Source of the DNA: Saccostrea cucullata
Lineage: Eukaryota
Assembly: GCF_032062105.1 (NCBI RefSeq)
Contig: NW_026930525.1
Coordinates: forward strand, 186,001 to 250,000
DNA length: 64,000 nt
Direction of reading: 5' to 3'
Numbering within the stretch: position 1 is the stretch's first letter; the number at the start of each line of letters is the position of its first letter. Positions 1 to 12,080 of the stretch are shown here, one piece after another. Below the pieces are notes generated by a model. That model was given only the letters and a program-made list of their open reading frames with translations. It was not told the origin of the DNA and searched no databases. The translations under genes were made by a program, and so were the position numbers.

Positions 1-672
1 TATGCATAAAACATTAATAAAATGAGTTCTGAAGAGACAAGGAATGTATTTCAATGAATTACATGTGTCAAATTGAATGAAGAATGTTTAAACGAAATGA
101 AAAATCCAATTTAAAAAATATTTGGTATAAAAAGTCCACTTTCAAGAGTTATCTTTCCTAATTACCCAAGACTCAAAACACTAAGGAACGTTTGACATTA
201 CATCTAAAATTCAGAGCAAAGCTTTAAATTGCCAGATTATACATTTAAATCAATAAAGCAAATATATAAATTAACACCAACACAGTAAATAGTGCAAGTA
301 AATATCTTTTTAATTTCAACAAGGTTGTAGATTTTAATTCGAATTTCCTCTATACAAACATATCATTGATTGATAGAGCTCACTGCATGCATCGCTATGA
401 AATTGACATTACTTGTTTGGCGAAGATTTGACTGTTGTTTTTCTTTTATTTCTGCTTAAAAGCAATTCTTCTTGGTTTAAGCATAATGAATCCGTTACTT
501 TGTTTTCACTGTTTATAACACCGCATGTTTCATCTATTTTTAAAGCGTTTGAAAGGTCAGGGTCATATTATAGAGGTACCTGTACAACTCGTCCCCAGAG
601 GAAACCAGTCGACGCAATGGAGGTTTATTTTTTTGTGTAGTACGTCATCAAAAAGTGGTGTAATGAGCCTCC
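1..672 (-). mobile_element. Non-autonomous TTAA-target DNA transposon (Kolobok-like MITE), partial copy cut by the window edge
   Basis: 1-672 is the reverse complement of about 58021-58690. It ends in TGTAATGAGCCTCC followed by TTAA (673-676). GG...CC termini with a TTAA target are typical of Kolobok (established knowledge); the superfamily call is inferred. Confidence 0.75.
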
Positions 673-1644
673 TTAACTAGTTATTTTTTTACAGTGTACT
701 TAATCGTGCGGCTGTACGTATTTGTGTTTGACGTCAGTGGGCGTTGACTATATTGAAATATTGACATGGAAGGCCTCGGGTAATCTAAATCTATTAGTCT
801 ACATTTTTAAAATCGATATTAACGATTTTATTTCAACTGTTATTATTATGCAAATTATCACCCGTTTCCAACTATCGCTAATGCCCTGGCATACTCCACT
901 AACTAGAGAGTGAGTCCTTAAATGTATGTAGCCAATGTATCCCATTCCATTAAGAATTAAATTTACCACTTCATTAGTCTTGAAGTAAGTTTGCACTTTT
1001 AATGTGATGTAAGACACCCGTGAAATTGGTCTATGTCAAGTGACAACAATCAAGTCTTTGTAATTACAAACTTTCAAATACTAGTAATTTGAATTTGAGG
1101 AATAAATTGGTTGTCTGTTGTGTGCTTCCGGAAATAATAATTGTAACGGTCCCAATTTGTTGTCGGTTGTCCCGTACAAGTCTCCAAAATCTCCTTATAA
1201 GTTTTGTGTCCGTCACAGTCACAAACCGGCCGAAAATATAAACAGTCTCTCAAAAGGCAAAAACCAAATGCTAGTAAATAAATAAAAGAAAAAAAAAGAA
1301 AAAAAATCCACTTCCGATCATTGTTCTCTTTGCTATTCTGTTGATCTCTTTTCAAGATCGCTTTTATGTTTGGAACGCCTTAGTATATGTCTCTCTTTTA
1401 TCATTTTGTTTCACAGTACTAATGATATCGTTTTGGTTAAAATTAATTGATATCTCGGCCATTTCCGTAGATTTATGATTGATCCTATAATTAGTAGAAA
1501 AACAATTGCTTAGCAAATCCTAAGATATTTGCTACAGAAAGCAAAGTAAATATCTGAAATACCTTTCAGTTTGCGCCCCTTGAGAGCCTTAATGTCGATA
1601 AATGATCTCTACAGATCGTAGTGAAACAAGGCGATTTCTCTTAA

Positions 1645-2120
1645 ACCTCAGTCACATTTCTAAAAAACTATCAACTGCCCAAGGTTTTTGAGGCAAAAAT
1701 ATGATTCTTTGGGCGACAGTCGGCTGTTCATCGGCCGTTGTCTTGCACGATTTTGATCTCTTTTTTCGTCGGCCAACCGATTTTGTGTATGTCGGGCCAT
1801 GTTATAATTTTTCTGCGTCGGTGGCCTATTCCTTCAATTAAAGCAGCTATTGAACGGTCCGTCGACCATGCAAGCTCCCATCATAGTCCGACCATCGGCA
1901 GACAGTTCGTTAAGTCGGTAGTCGGTCGGTCGACATTAAGGAATTGGGATTTCGTAAATGGCGGCCGACAGTGAAAATGAAGCTGTGGCTTAACGAACGA
2001 AGAACTGTCGACTGTTGGCGGACTTATAAATACATGTATTTGATTTTTGAAAATTAACGATGTTTTTAAGAAATCATGTGACTGCTCCGCGTCGACCATC
2101 GGCTTAAATGTGACCTATAC
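1645..2120. mobile_element. Possible degenerate MITE (CpG-rich, GTCGG/CCGAC motifs)
   Basis: GC-rich island of repeated GTCGG(C)/CCGAC motifs bounded by a short inverted repeat, GTCACATTT (1651) / AAATGTGAC (2106). No clear TSD. Confidence 0.3.
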
Positions 2121-2699
2121 ATTACTCTTCATCTCACGACAAACACCCCATGACCTCCCTGTGATAATAGTTTTGGTACAAATGGACTTTTTGAGAATTT
2201 CTAGATCGCCCAAAAGTCTCTCAGTGGGTGCAAAGGGGTCCACACTTTCATCAACTCATTGCATTTCATATACTAGTACATTTCGTGAAAAGGGGACATT
2301 ACCCCATAACTTGTATATCATTGATACCGGTATCACTTTTTTATTTTATATTTTGGAATATTATACTTTCATGTAAATTACTTGAATCTGATTCGTCGAG
2401 AAACATTTGTTAAAAAACACTATTACCCGCTGAATAATGAAGCCACGCCCTCCTGCGTAGTAACAGTCAACATTGCTTGACGACGGGTGATATTCTAAAT
2501 CAAAGTACTGAAAGCACTCATGGGAGTTGAACATGGTGTAAAATAAAATCGGGAGGTTAAGTGAGTGAAAAATATTATTATTTCAAATTCACACAACTGT
2601 TTCAGATTTTTTGAGTTGCAACAATCTTGAGAGAGACATTCAGAGACATTAGTTAGCAAAAAAATGCATGGGGCATAATGTTTGCTTGCCTACATTAGT

Positions 2700-3080
2700 C
2701 CTTTTTTTTATATCCCCTGTTTAAAAAGCGGGAGGGTATTTATTAATCGGGATTTCCGTCCATCTGTTTGTTATGCTTTAGGTATTATACCCAACTCTTA
2801 TCCGCAACTCCTCTTACACCACTGAACGAAATTTTCATAGAATCTTTATTACATATTGCCGGTGTACACCTTCTATTACTTTAATTTTCATCCAACACAT
2901 ATTTTGGGTTTCCCATTGCAAAACATGTACACTGCCATTATATTCATATTAGAGGCGGTTGATCATTTATATAATTCACTGCTCACAGTCTTCAAATTTG
3001 TAATATATTTTTCCTTGGCACCTTTACCCATGTGTTATGAAAATTTCAGTTTTGCAGAAATAAAATCAATGTTGATAAAA
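2700..3080 (+). mobile_element. Degenerate HINE-like (non-autonomous Helentron) fragment
   Basis: Starts with a T-run, ATATCCCC...AAAAAGCGGGAGGGTAT and a degenerate CGTCC microsatellite. The better-preserved HINEs in the window have the same 5' architecture. Confidence 0.35.
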
Positions 3081-4083
3081 TGTTGATTTTAACACAGCAT
3101 CCTTTTAAGAGCTAACAGGTTTGTTATATAAAACGTCTCTGTGAATATAAATGTACTTCAATTACACGAACATTATACATGGAGTACGTCAGAACTTAAT
3201 CTTTTTTAATATTGTGAAGAAAAAAGCAATACCAAGTTAAAAACAAATATTTAATGACCAAACATAAAAGCAATGGTATATGTGAGAATTTGTGTGCTTA
3301 CAAATTATCTGGTATGTAAATGAGGTTTTCCTTTTATTAAAAAAATACATACTTTATTTTGTTGTTTTTAATCGCGATTTTACGAAAACATCGGTGTCCG
3401 ATTTTGGTTTTAACATTTATAACAGAGTACTAGATATATTAGGTATCGCTTTTGGCAGGTGCTTCTGCTGATTTAGTAATAAATACGCATGTTTCGTAAA
3501 ATTTTTATGCATTAATGAATTCATTCAAACCAGGAAAATGTTTATGAAAAGTTTGAATAAATTCTGTGCATCGGTAAAAAAGAAATTGCTAAAAATCCGG
3601 TACCGTCGGGCGTCGGGAAGACTAGATTCACCGCTTGCCGTCAGTATGTAGAGTTGTCATTCGTATCTCTTTCAGTGTATGACGGTACACTAAAAATGAG
3701 TTCCATTACGAAAAACTTTTGAGGTTCTTTATAATTTAGTTTTACTTTGAACGAAATCTAATATTCAAAATAAGATTACTTTATCATTACATTTACTTAC
3801 ATTATGAAAATTAGATCAATTCAGGAGAAAATGACATGAACTATTTGTGGCGGATGTTTATGCATGTTTTCTGTTGAATATCATCGGAGTAAATCGGTCG
3901 ACACAGTAGCCTCGCTTTCGGCTCTATATAATCAACACAAATTACTGCGCATGTTAAATGCGTGATGACCATGGGAGATTGAACACACTAGTTCAACTCC
4001 CAAAAATAGCGACTGCGCAGAATATATGCGCGCACGGTTCTTTGTTATATGTATTTGTATAAAACATTCAGTATATTAATATA

Positions 4084-4226
4084 ATAAATATTGCATGTAG
4101 TTGAGTGTAACATTGAAAATTTTCACCCCTCGAAAACCATTGTCAACCTCGGCTGCGCCTCGGTTGACAATGGTTTTCTTGGGGTGAAAAATTTCAATGT
4201 TACACTCAACCACATGCAGTATTTAT
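4084..4226. repeat. Long imperfect palindrome (foldback element remnant)
   Basis: Arms ATAAATATTGCATGTAGTTGAGTGTAACATTGAAAATTTTCACCCC...CATTGTCAACC and GGTTGACAATG...GGGGTGAAAAATTTCAATGTTACACTCAACCACATGCAGTATTTAT, around the centre CTCGGCTGCGCCTCG. Confidence 0.8.
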
Positions 4227-5019
4227 ATAATATATTCGTTCTTATGTAAATTTTCAATACAAATCATTTTGCATGTGCAAGTAGTATGCTTCACAATATA
4301 TCATGGACCATTACACACATGAATGATTTACATGTACTTGTACATGTATATAAAGACATTTACATGTACTTGTACATGTATATAAAGACAGAGACAAAAC
4401 TTTATTGCTGTAATTCCTTGATACAGAGTTCCGTTAACTTTAAAAAAGTCAGTCCCCGAAGATGTGTTCCCTGCCGTGAATTTATGTAGACATTGAAATT
4501 TTGTTCTTATACAACTGCTCATATACCTACAAAGAAATCAAATGAACATGTAGAAGACGAATAAGAATAAATAAATTTTCCATTCTTTTCAATACACATG
4601 AACAATTTAAGTGATAAACTTACTTCAAACTTTTATATTATTTTTAAAATTTTTGTTTTTGGGGGTTAGGGTCAGGGTTGTTTTTTTAATTTAATTTTAC
4701 TAAAGAAACATGTTTGACAGAATATATTATTAGTTGAAATCAAACATACCGTATTTGTCGTCAAGATCGTCAAAAATTCTATCAGGTTTGCGGAATCTTC
4801 TGGTCTCTTGTAGCACTGAAACAAAACTCCTTAAAAAAATTAGATATGCTTTAAAAACATCAATAGGAAAGAGATCATCTGTTCAAAAATGTTTATATAA
4901 CAGTTATGTATATTTCTGTTGCTATTAAATATTTCAGATCAAAACCTTATATTATCTATCAAAAATTTATTCAAAATTTGTTTTTAGCAATGATTATACT
5001 CCTAATCTTAGTAGTAATG

Positions 5020-5303
5020 CACGGAGAGAATTACCTAGTTGATTTAACTAGTGTGTCAAGTAAAGCGTTCTTCGTGATTAGTAATCATTCCGTGTACTAG
5101 CTAGCCTAAGATAGTGAAAAGTGGAACAGTGGTCGTAAAGATACTTAAATACCTAGTGAAAGTTACTTATAAGTTCTTAGATTTACAAATGTTGTCTAGT
5201 AAATCTACCCAATACCTAGTAAAACTACTTTTGAGGTAGTGATTGTATGGACAGTAAATATACTAGTCTTCCCAGTGATTTTCACTGGTTATTTTTTTCA
5301 GTG
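5020..5303. mobile_element. EnSpm/CACTA-like MITE (ACTAGT-rich)
   Basis: Termini CACGG...TTTTTTCAGTG flanked by a 2-bp TG duplication (5018-19, 5304-05). A related copy in the opposite orientation is at 48116-49037, and a terminus at 673-696. Confidence 0.6.
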
Positions 5304-5534
5304 TGGCGTTTATTTCAGATTCAGCACATGCCTCTAATTGGCCGTATTTCCGAAAAATCTCCGATTTTGGTGTTTGTTTTCTTTATATTTAAACAAGAGA
5401 TATTTGTAAAACACGTATCCCCCTCCAAATAATTGGAATTTTTCTAGGTCCAAGGAGATAACTCCGTCAAAAATGGCTTGATCGTACCCAAAAACAGAAC
5501 TTGATCTAGATATTCTTGTGATAAATCTGTATAC

Positions 5535-6951
5535 CAGACATGGGCACGATTACTGAAAAATGTAATCGATTAATAATTTGTATTTATATAAAAGTACACG
5601 AATCTATTAATTTTGTTCTATATTTTTTTCTGTTAGAAAAGCTAATCAACATCTAAAATATGAACAAGCAAATTCAAAGAATTGTGGTCCCCCGCTTTCG
5701 GTGTCTTTTTGGGCGAGATGTCATTTTTTATGACATTTTGTGTCTAATATGAGCGCCCTATCATAAGTCATCTATTTAGAAATTATCACTGAACTCCAAG
5801 GTCAAGGTAAAAGGGTTAACGTTCTTGGTATCCAATGAAAAGTCTTCTCAAAGGATTACATAAGTGAAGTATGAAATCCCTAGCCCTTACCCTTCAAAAG
5901 TTATGGTCAAGGTTAAAGTTTTCTCATAAGTACAAAAAATCTCCAAGGTCAAGGTCAAAAGGTCAAGGTTGTTGGTATCAAATGAAAGGTCTTCCAATAA
6001 AGTATACATATGTGAAATATGAAAGTCCTGGTATCTACTGTTCAAAAGTTGTGGTCAAGGTCAAAGTTTTTGAAAAGTAGGTCAAACTCCAAGGTCAAGG
6101 TCCAAGGGGCAAAGTTCTTGGTATTCAATGAAAGGTCTTCTCACAATAATTATATATATGAAGTATGAAAGCCTTACCATTCAAAAATTATGGTCAAGGT
6201 TCAAGTTTTTTCATAAGTACGGAAATCTCCAAGGTCAAGGTCAAAGTTGTTGGTATCCAATAAAAGGTCTTGCTACAAAAAATACATATGTGAAATATGA
6301 AAGTCCTAGTACCTACCATTCAAAAGTTATGGCCAAAGTAAAAGTTTGGAATGTTTTGTGTAAAAGTGGGTCAAACTCCAAGGTCAAGGTCAAATTTGGT
6401 GGTACCCAAGAAAGGTCTTGTCAAAAGAAATACACATATGAAATATGAAAGTCAAAACTCCACTGAATCAAAAGTTATGGGCAAGGTTAAAGTTTTTGTG
6501 ACGGACGGACAGACTGACAGCTAGACGGACAGACAGACAGACGGACAGAAGAATGAGATTTAATGTCCCCTCGCTTTCGCAAAAGCAGGGGGCAAAAAAA
6601 GGACTAGACTAGTATGTCTATAATGTAAATTTTATTGTGAACATTTCAAGTTATGATTATAAAAGTTAGGAAAATCACTGGGTGGTTTGTATATAATATT
6701 TATGTTTGACTGACTGGAAATGATTGTACAAAAATAACTTTCATGTATAAAGTAGATGTGTATGTATATGACATGTATAAAGTAATTGAAAGTAATCGAA
6801 AAAGTAATTATAATTACATTGGAAATTTTAGCTGTAATCGATTAAATTAAGATTACAATACAAGTAATCGAAAATCTCTTCGATTACAGATTACTGTCCA
6901 TTACTTGGAAAAAAGTAATCATTACAATCGATTACGATTACCCCATGCCTG
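5535..6951. mobile_element. hAT-type MITE with 8-bp TSD
   Basis: TIRs CAGACATGGG / CCCATGCCTG. Perfect 8-bp TSD CTGTATAC at 5527-5534 and 6952-6959. Subterminal GTAATCGATTAC palindromes at both ends. Confidence 0.8.
5662..6598 (-). mobile_element. HINE/pearl-type element with internal tandem repeats, nested in the hAT MITE
   Basis: Tandem AAACTCCAAGGTCAAGG...TGAAAGGTCTT...AAAAGTTATGGTCAAGG units, a (GACG/GACA)n microsatellite at 6500-6548, and a terminal CCCC...GGGGGC hairpin plus A-run. Confidence 0.7.
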
Positions 6952-7610
6952 CTGTATACCAAATTTCATATCAGTATGTGCAACCGCTGTGAAGAAAGTG
7001 AATGGAAAGTGCAATTAATTGGAATTTTTCTAAGTCAAAGGGGGCATTACTCTGTCATTCATTCAATCTTTATTTCCTCATAATATGAGATTATTTCACA
7101 ATTAGATCAAAATCAATTAGATCAAAATCAACTAATCAGTATACATGTACAAAGTTAGAAGAAGAAAAAAAAAAAAATCAAACAAAAAGAAAACGAAAGT
7201 GAAAAAAAATAGTTGATGATTATATACAACGTATTACTTCATACAAGAGGAAATTTGTCAATTGTCCCTTACTGGCATTTGTTGATGCATCGCCCTGTAG
7301 TACTGTGCCGATGCATCTCGTATAAGTCGGAAGTTTCTTACATGGAAATTTTCAACGTCATGTTTTGCTATCCTGGTGCTTGGAGCGCGACCAAGGAGTA
7401 CGACATACAGATCTTCTTCGGTGAGCGCACATAGTTCAGCTGAAAGTTCAATACAGAAGGAGTTTATGATGTCATTCCACCAGTTGTTCCGGATATCCGA
7501 AGTGATGGGGCACGAACAGCTAACATGGACAAACAGATCACAGAATGCAGTCCCACAGAATTGACAGATATCCACTGAGTCACGCGGCGGATCAGAAAGG
7601 AGTTTGCATA

Positions 7611-7824
7611 CCGTAAATCTGGAAATTTTTACGTCGATTTTATTTTGCGAATTTCGGTCAAAATGCTGTTGATTAATTTTTACGTTTCAAAATTTTGCAA
7701 ATGACCACTGCTTTGTTTACATTTTCTTATGGGTAATATTTTTAAATAAAAATATTTTTGCGAATGCAATGAACTCGCAAATTTGCTAAAAATTTATCTA
7801 CAGTAAAAATTTCCAGATCTACGG
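7611..7824. mobile_element. TA-target (Tc1/Mariner-like) MITE inserted in the LINE
   Basis: TIRs CCGTAAATCTGGAAATTTTT / AAAAATTTCCAGATCTACGG with TA on both sides (7609-10, 7825-26). Confidence 0.85.
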
Positions 7825-8291
7825 TATGAATTTGTATAAACGAATTTCATGTCGTTATCACTGAAGACTGCAAGAAACCTAGAGAAGTCAGTGCTCTTCG
7901 CCATACGACATTGTCTAAGCTCCTTCTGTTTTCTGCTGGTTGAAGATCTTACAATGTTTCTCCAAGTTATCTTGGAAGGAAAAATGCCGTCAGCTACCCA
8001 TTCGTACAAGATATGAAGAAGATCATATGCACACAGTAAGTTAATGGCATCTGGAACAAATCCTTGTTGGCAATTGCTAAGGTTAGCAAAGAAGGAAAAT
8101 AACGAACTAAAAATATTTTCTTTGGTAAACTATTGCAGTTATACGGCAAAGATTGTCTATCTCGGCACTTATTGGAAGGACGTTGAAGAGGCTTTCACAG
8201 ATCGGATCTAGTTTGGCGTGGAAGATTCTGTGAGGACTTACATATAGAATGTTGGAAAACATGAAGGCGTTGGGAATCTGTTACTGACAAG

Positions 8292-9767
8292 TTATTCCAC
8301 ATACAATATTTCACCGATTTGTAAAGATGGACTAAGGTTAGAGGACAATCCAATGTCTGTGAGAGCATAAAAGGAGTTTCTTCCTTTCCTGCAGGCAGCA
8401 TTTATTCGGTCTGTTAAGGAGCAGTTTCGGTTAAGAATTATTCCTAAATGATTGCAGGAATCCAGACAGGGAATAGGAACATCACCTAAAGTCCAAACGT
8501 GTTGCTGGTTAACTTTATTGCCTTTGGCTCGGAATCTCAGAATACAGGATTTGGATGCGTTGAATTTAAAGCGCCATTTTCGGGAATATTCAAATGCGAT
8601 ATTTAACATGATTTGTAGAGAGTTAGGTGTTAAGCCTATACATGAAATGTCATCTGCCAGTGAGGGACAATTGCTAGCAACACTGAGTAATTTCGTACAT
8701 GCTGATGATTGTTCTAAGGTATTAATCAATTCATCAATAAATACTAAGTACAAAAATCAAACACCACCCTGTCTAACAAATAGAACCAATTGCGTTTGGT
8801 TAACAATTACAGCACTTGACGTTTTATAATGACAATCATTAATAATAGACCAAAGTCTGTCCGTTACACCTAAATTGTACAACTTGTAAAGAAGACCATG
8901 TCTCCAAACAGTATCGAATGCTTTTGAGCTATCTAAGAAACTTACATAAACATTACTTCCTTGTTCCAAATAATAATATATGGTTTCTTGTAAATTAAAT
9001 GAAGCGGTTAAACAGCCTAATTTTTCTTGAAACCCTTGTTGTTGCTTATTAGGAAAGGAAAGGTTACAAAGGATATGGTTCTTAATTCTAAGGTTAATTA
9101 TGCTTTCAAAGATTTTTAGAAAACATGACAGTAAGGCAACCGGTCTGAAGCTATTTGGAGATGTTTTAGGTTTGTCTCCTCCTTTGTATAAGGGAACTAT
9201 AAATCCTTGCTTCCAGGCATGAGGTATCTTCCCATGTAGTATTGCAGCATTAAAAACTTTTGCAAGACATTGACATAACTTGCTCCCACCGAAAATTATG
9301 TGTTCGTATGTTATTTGGTCAGGACCCGGAGCTTTTCTTCTTTTGAGTTGGCTAACTAGACGTGATATTTCTTCTGCAGTAATAGGACCACCGGGGATAT
9401 CTCCAGACATCTTTGAACATTCTTCTTCAATGTGCTTATAGCTGTTCTCAATATACAATCGGAATTCTTCATCAAATGCATCGTCTTCTGACGGGGTGTA
9501 AATTTGTTCGTAGTAACTTGCGAAGGCTTCAGATACACTCACAGGGTCATCATAAATACTTCCATCTTCTCCATGTATTTCGGGGTAGGTCCGCGATGTT
9601 CTCTTTTTTTGCCTCTTCACCAGCTTCCAAAAAAGACGAATGTCACACTCAGCTGCGGAGTCAAGATCATGATAGACGTCTTTCATGTGCCGTTCGTACT
9701 CCAAGTCCAGGGCAGTACGGAATTGTCTCTTGGCACGCTTATAGTTCCTGTATGAATTGTGGATCAT
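8292..9767 (-). pseudogene. LINE ORF2 reverse transcriptase, frameshifted
   Basis: The RT domain is split between ORFs 8757-9767 and 8292-8753, with further frameshifts on both sides. The endonuclease domain is absent. Confidence 0.85.
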
Positions 9768-10549
9768 GCCCCGCGGGCGTCCTTCTGCACTCGCAATACG
9801 GCGCAGTCTGCGTTCGTCGGTGTAACATACCTGGTCGTGTATGCGGTTGAGGCCTGAAAACTTTTTGCAGAGTCCAAGAGAATGTCAACAATATGATTTA
9901 CAAACATATCTGTTTCGGTCACAGTTTGTAGATCTTGATGCATTAGGCTCTCAATAGCTTCATTTACGTGGGCTTTATAATTCATAATAGCATCAGAAGT
10001 ATTGTGCGTGATGTTTTGGGCAAATAAGGAGTAATACTACTTCAGCATAGCGGCTAATATGCATATATTATCATGTGTTTTCACGACGAACATACTGTAA
10101 ACCATACATAAATGAACACTGTCAGGAAAGAACTACCCGGTACATGAGGTTTATTACTTATTTTTGCCCCCACAAAAGTCAAATATTAAGCATTTCTTGA
10201 AACGTACTGAATTGTATGATTATATTGTATGAGTAATCTAAATTAATTTTTTTTTTTATAATTTCAAAGTAGGTTGTTGATAATATTTTTGTTTTTGTGA
10301 CGTCACAAACTATTCAGATTTCGCATTATTTTTCGAAAGAGAAAAAAAATGGACACATTTGCTCAATTTCAGTTTAAAACATTGAGTACATTATTTATAA
10401 AGTATGTAGTTGAGGATATAAATTGTTGTTTCATTTCACACCACGAAAACAACGAAAATCAAAACCATCAAAAATAGCAATTTCATGGACATATTGCAAT
10501 GCAAAATGATAAAATTCGCCAGCATACAAATATGATGTACATGCAGTAC

Positions 10550-10810
10550 CTGTTTTGGGAGTTCCTTTTAAATCCCAACGTTCTTCTAAAACAACATCAA
10601 AGGTTCCATTCGAGATGCTGATGATATCACACAATTCCATGTCGAAGCTAAACTGGTCCTGTTTTAGTGGCCTGAGGATTGGGGAGGTGGAGTCCTGGAT
10701 TTTGGATAGCTTTGCAATGGAATCAGATTTGATAGAATTCATCTGCCAGCCCACAAAGATGGCTCCTGGGACGTTGTTGTTAAGTATAAAATACTTGCGT
10801 CCAAAACAAC
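10550..10810 (-). other. Isolated candidate coding exon (261 nt, phase 1-1), parent gene unknown
   Basis: Minus-strand acceptor TTTTCTTTTACAG and donor AG|GTACTG bound a stop-free frame CFGRKYFILNNNVPG...ERWDLKGTPKT. It is GC-richer than its flanks. No partner exons found. Confidence 0.3.
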
Positions 10811-11195
10811 CTGTAAAAGAAAAAAATGTCTTTTTAACATGATGGTAACATATAAAGTTTAAAATTAGAAGAGACAACATTGCATTAAAGTTGAGTTAAA
10901 TCCCTGCCTGGGAAATAAAGGACTGTGAAAATGAAGAATATTATCAGCACAGATCTCATTATTTCCTGTAAACTGAGACTTTCAAAAAAGGAGTGTACAG
11001 TTGAAACGTGTGGCTTAGAACAAAAGTGAGCTCCTCTCAGTTTATGGCCCCAGAGCCTGGTGGATTATATACTCATTTGATCCAGTACAAATATTCTGGA
11101 ATTTATTTTAATCGTCGTTTATCGTACATGTATGATTTAATGGTTACAAACGAGCTTCATAAAGAGTATGATTGTTACTTTGAACTTTGGAGGAG

Positions 11196-11197
<2 letters not shown>

Positions 11198-11261
<64 letters not shown>
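11198..11261. repeat. (TA)n microsatellite
   Basis: Direct read. Confidence 0.95.
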
Positions 11262-11264
<3 letters not shown>

Positions 11265-11994
11265 TATATATGTGTATAATTATGACGAAATAATCAGTAA
11301 CAAAAACGGGTTATTCATGAAATATATGGAGACAACGAACAATAATATGCAAGCTCAAAGGTCACCAAAAATCGAGATACCTTACCAGGCATTTGTGCAA
11401 GATATCAGATAATTTTGTTTCCTATATAACCCTTTTGAGAAAAAAAAAATAATTTGTCAATTTCACATTTTTTAGTGCTTCTAATTTTAAAGACAATCAA
11501 TTAAAAATCGGTTTAGAAATCAGAAGGTGATTAAAATGTTAAATATTTGCTTACATTACAAAGATCCACAATTTGAAACATATATTTGAATAACGTGTCC
11601 CCTGACCTTAAGAATTAAAATTCATTTTTTTTCTCCAAAATTTTAATTTGATATTTTTTTTTGGGGGGGGGGGTTCTTTCATAAAATTTTATTTATTCAT
11701 TTATTTTTGACGTCTAAATCTGTGACAATGACGTCAGAGACAGCTATCCTTATTGAGATTCGTGAATGAATTATCAACTATCAAACCATTTATAGGTAAT
11801 GGATTACCAAATATCAAGGATATTGTTTATTAACTATGGAAATAGGGGTATAGGGTGACTGAACATAAACAGATCCTGGTCAACGATCATGAATTGAATC
11901 TCATCTTCATAAAAACGCCGGCGAGTTGTGTGACTCATGGTGCAATTATATCTTTGTTATAAATCATTAACCAAGAGGATTAATTAAAATTTAC

Positions 11995-12001
11995 TATATA
12001 A
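11995..12001 (+). promoter_or_regulatory. TATA box of BRICHOS-like gene A
   Basis: TATATAA about 85 nt upstream of the ATG at 12081. Paralogs B and C have a similar element. Confidence 0.5.
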
Positions 12002-12080
12002 GACATGCACTTTTATTTCAAAATTTAAATTGGTTTTGACTGGCAATTGAAAGCTAAGACTATTTTAATGTATAAACAAT

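Larger units (their letters stand above)
5390..7056 (-). mobile_element. HINE-like element interrupted by a hAT MITE and truncated by a LINE
   Basis: Starts AAACAAGAG (the reverse complement of the CTTGTTT HINE 3' end). The repeat unit AATTGGAATTTTTCTAxGTCxAAGG occurs at about 5431 and 7017. The sequence is continuous across the 8-bp TSD CTGTATAC. Confidence 0.5.
7057..10000 (-). mobile_element. 5'-truncated non-LTR retrotransposon (LINE, CR1/L2-like group; clade unresolved)
   Basis: RT motifs KAPGPDQITYEH, FRPVALLS, QQGFQ, FLDSSKAFDTVW and VRQGG (8757-9767). After a frameshift come YLVFIDEL, LADD and FNASKS (8292-8753). The minus-strand 3' tail AATAAAGATTGAATGAAT is at about 7057-7075. Confidence 0.9.

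Noticed and set aside
8452-9850. Plus-strand ORFs of 83-145 aa
   Set aside because: They are antisense shadows of the LINE ORF2.
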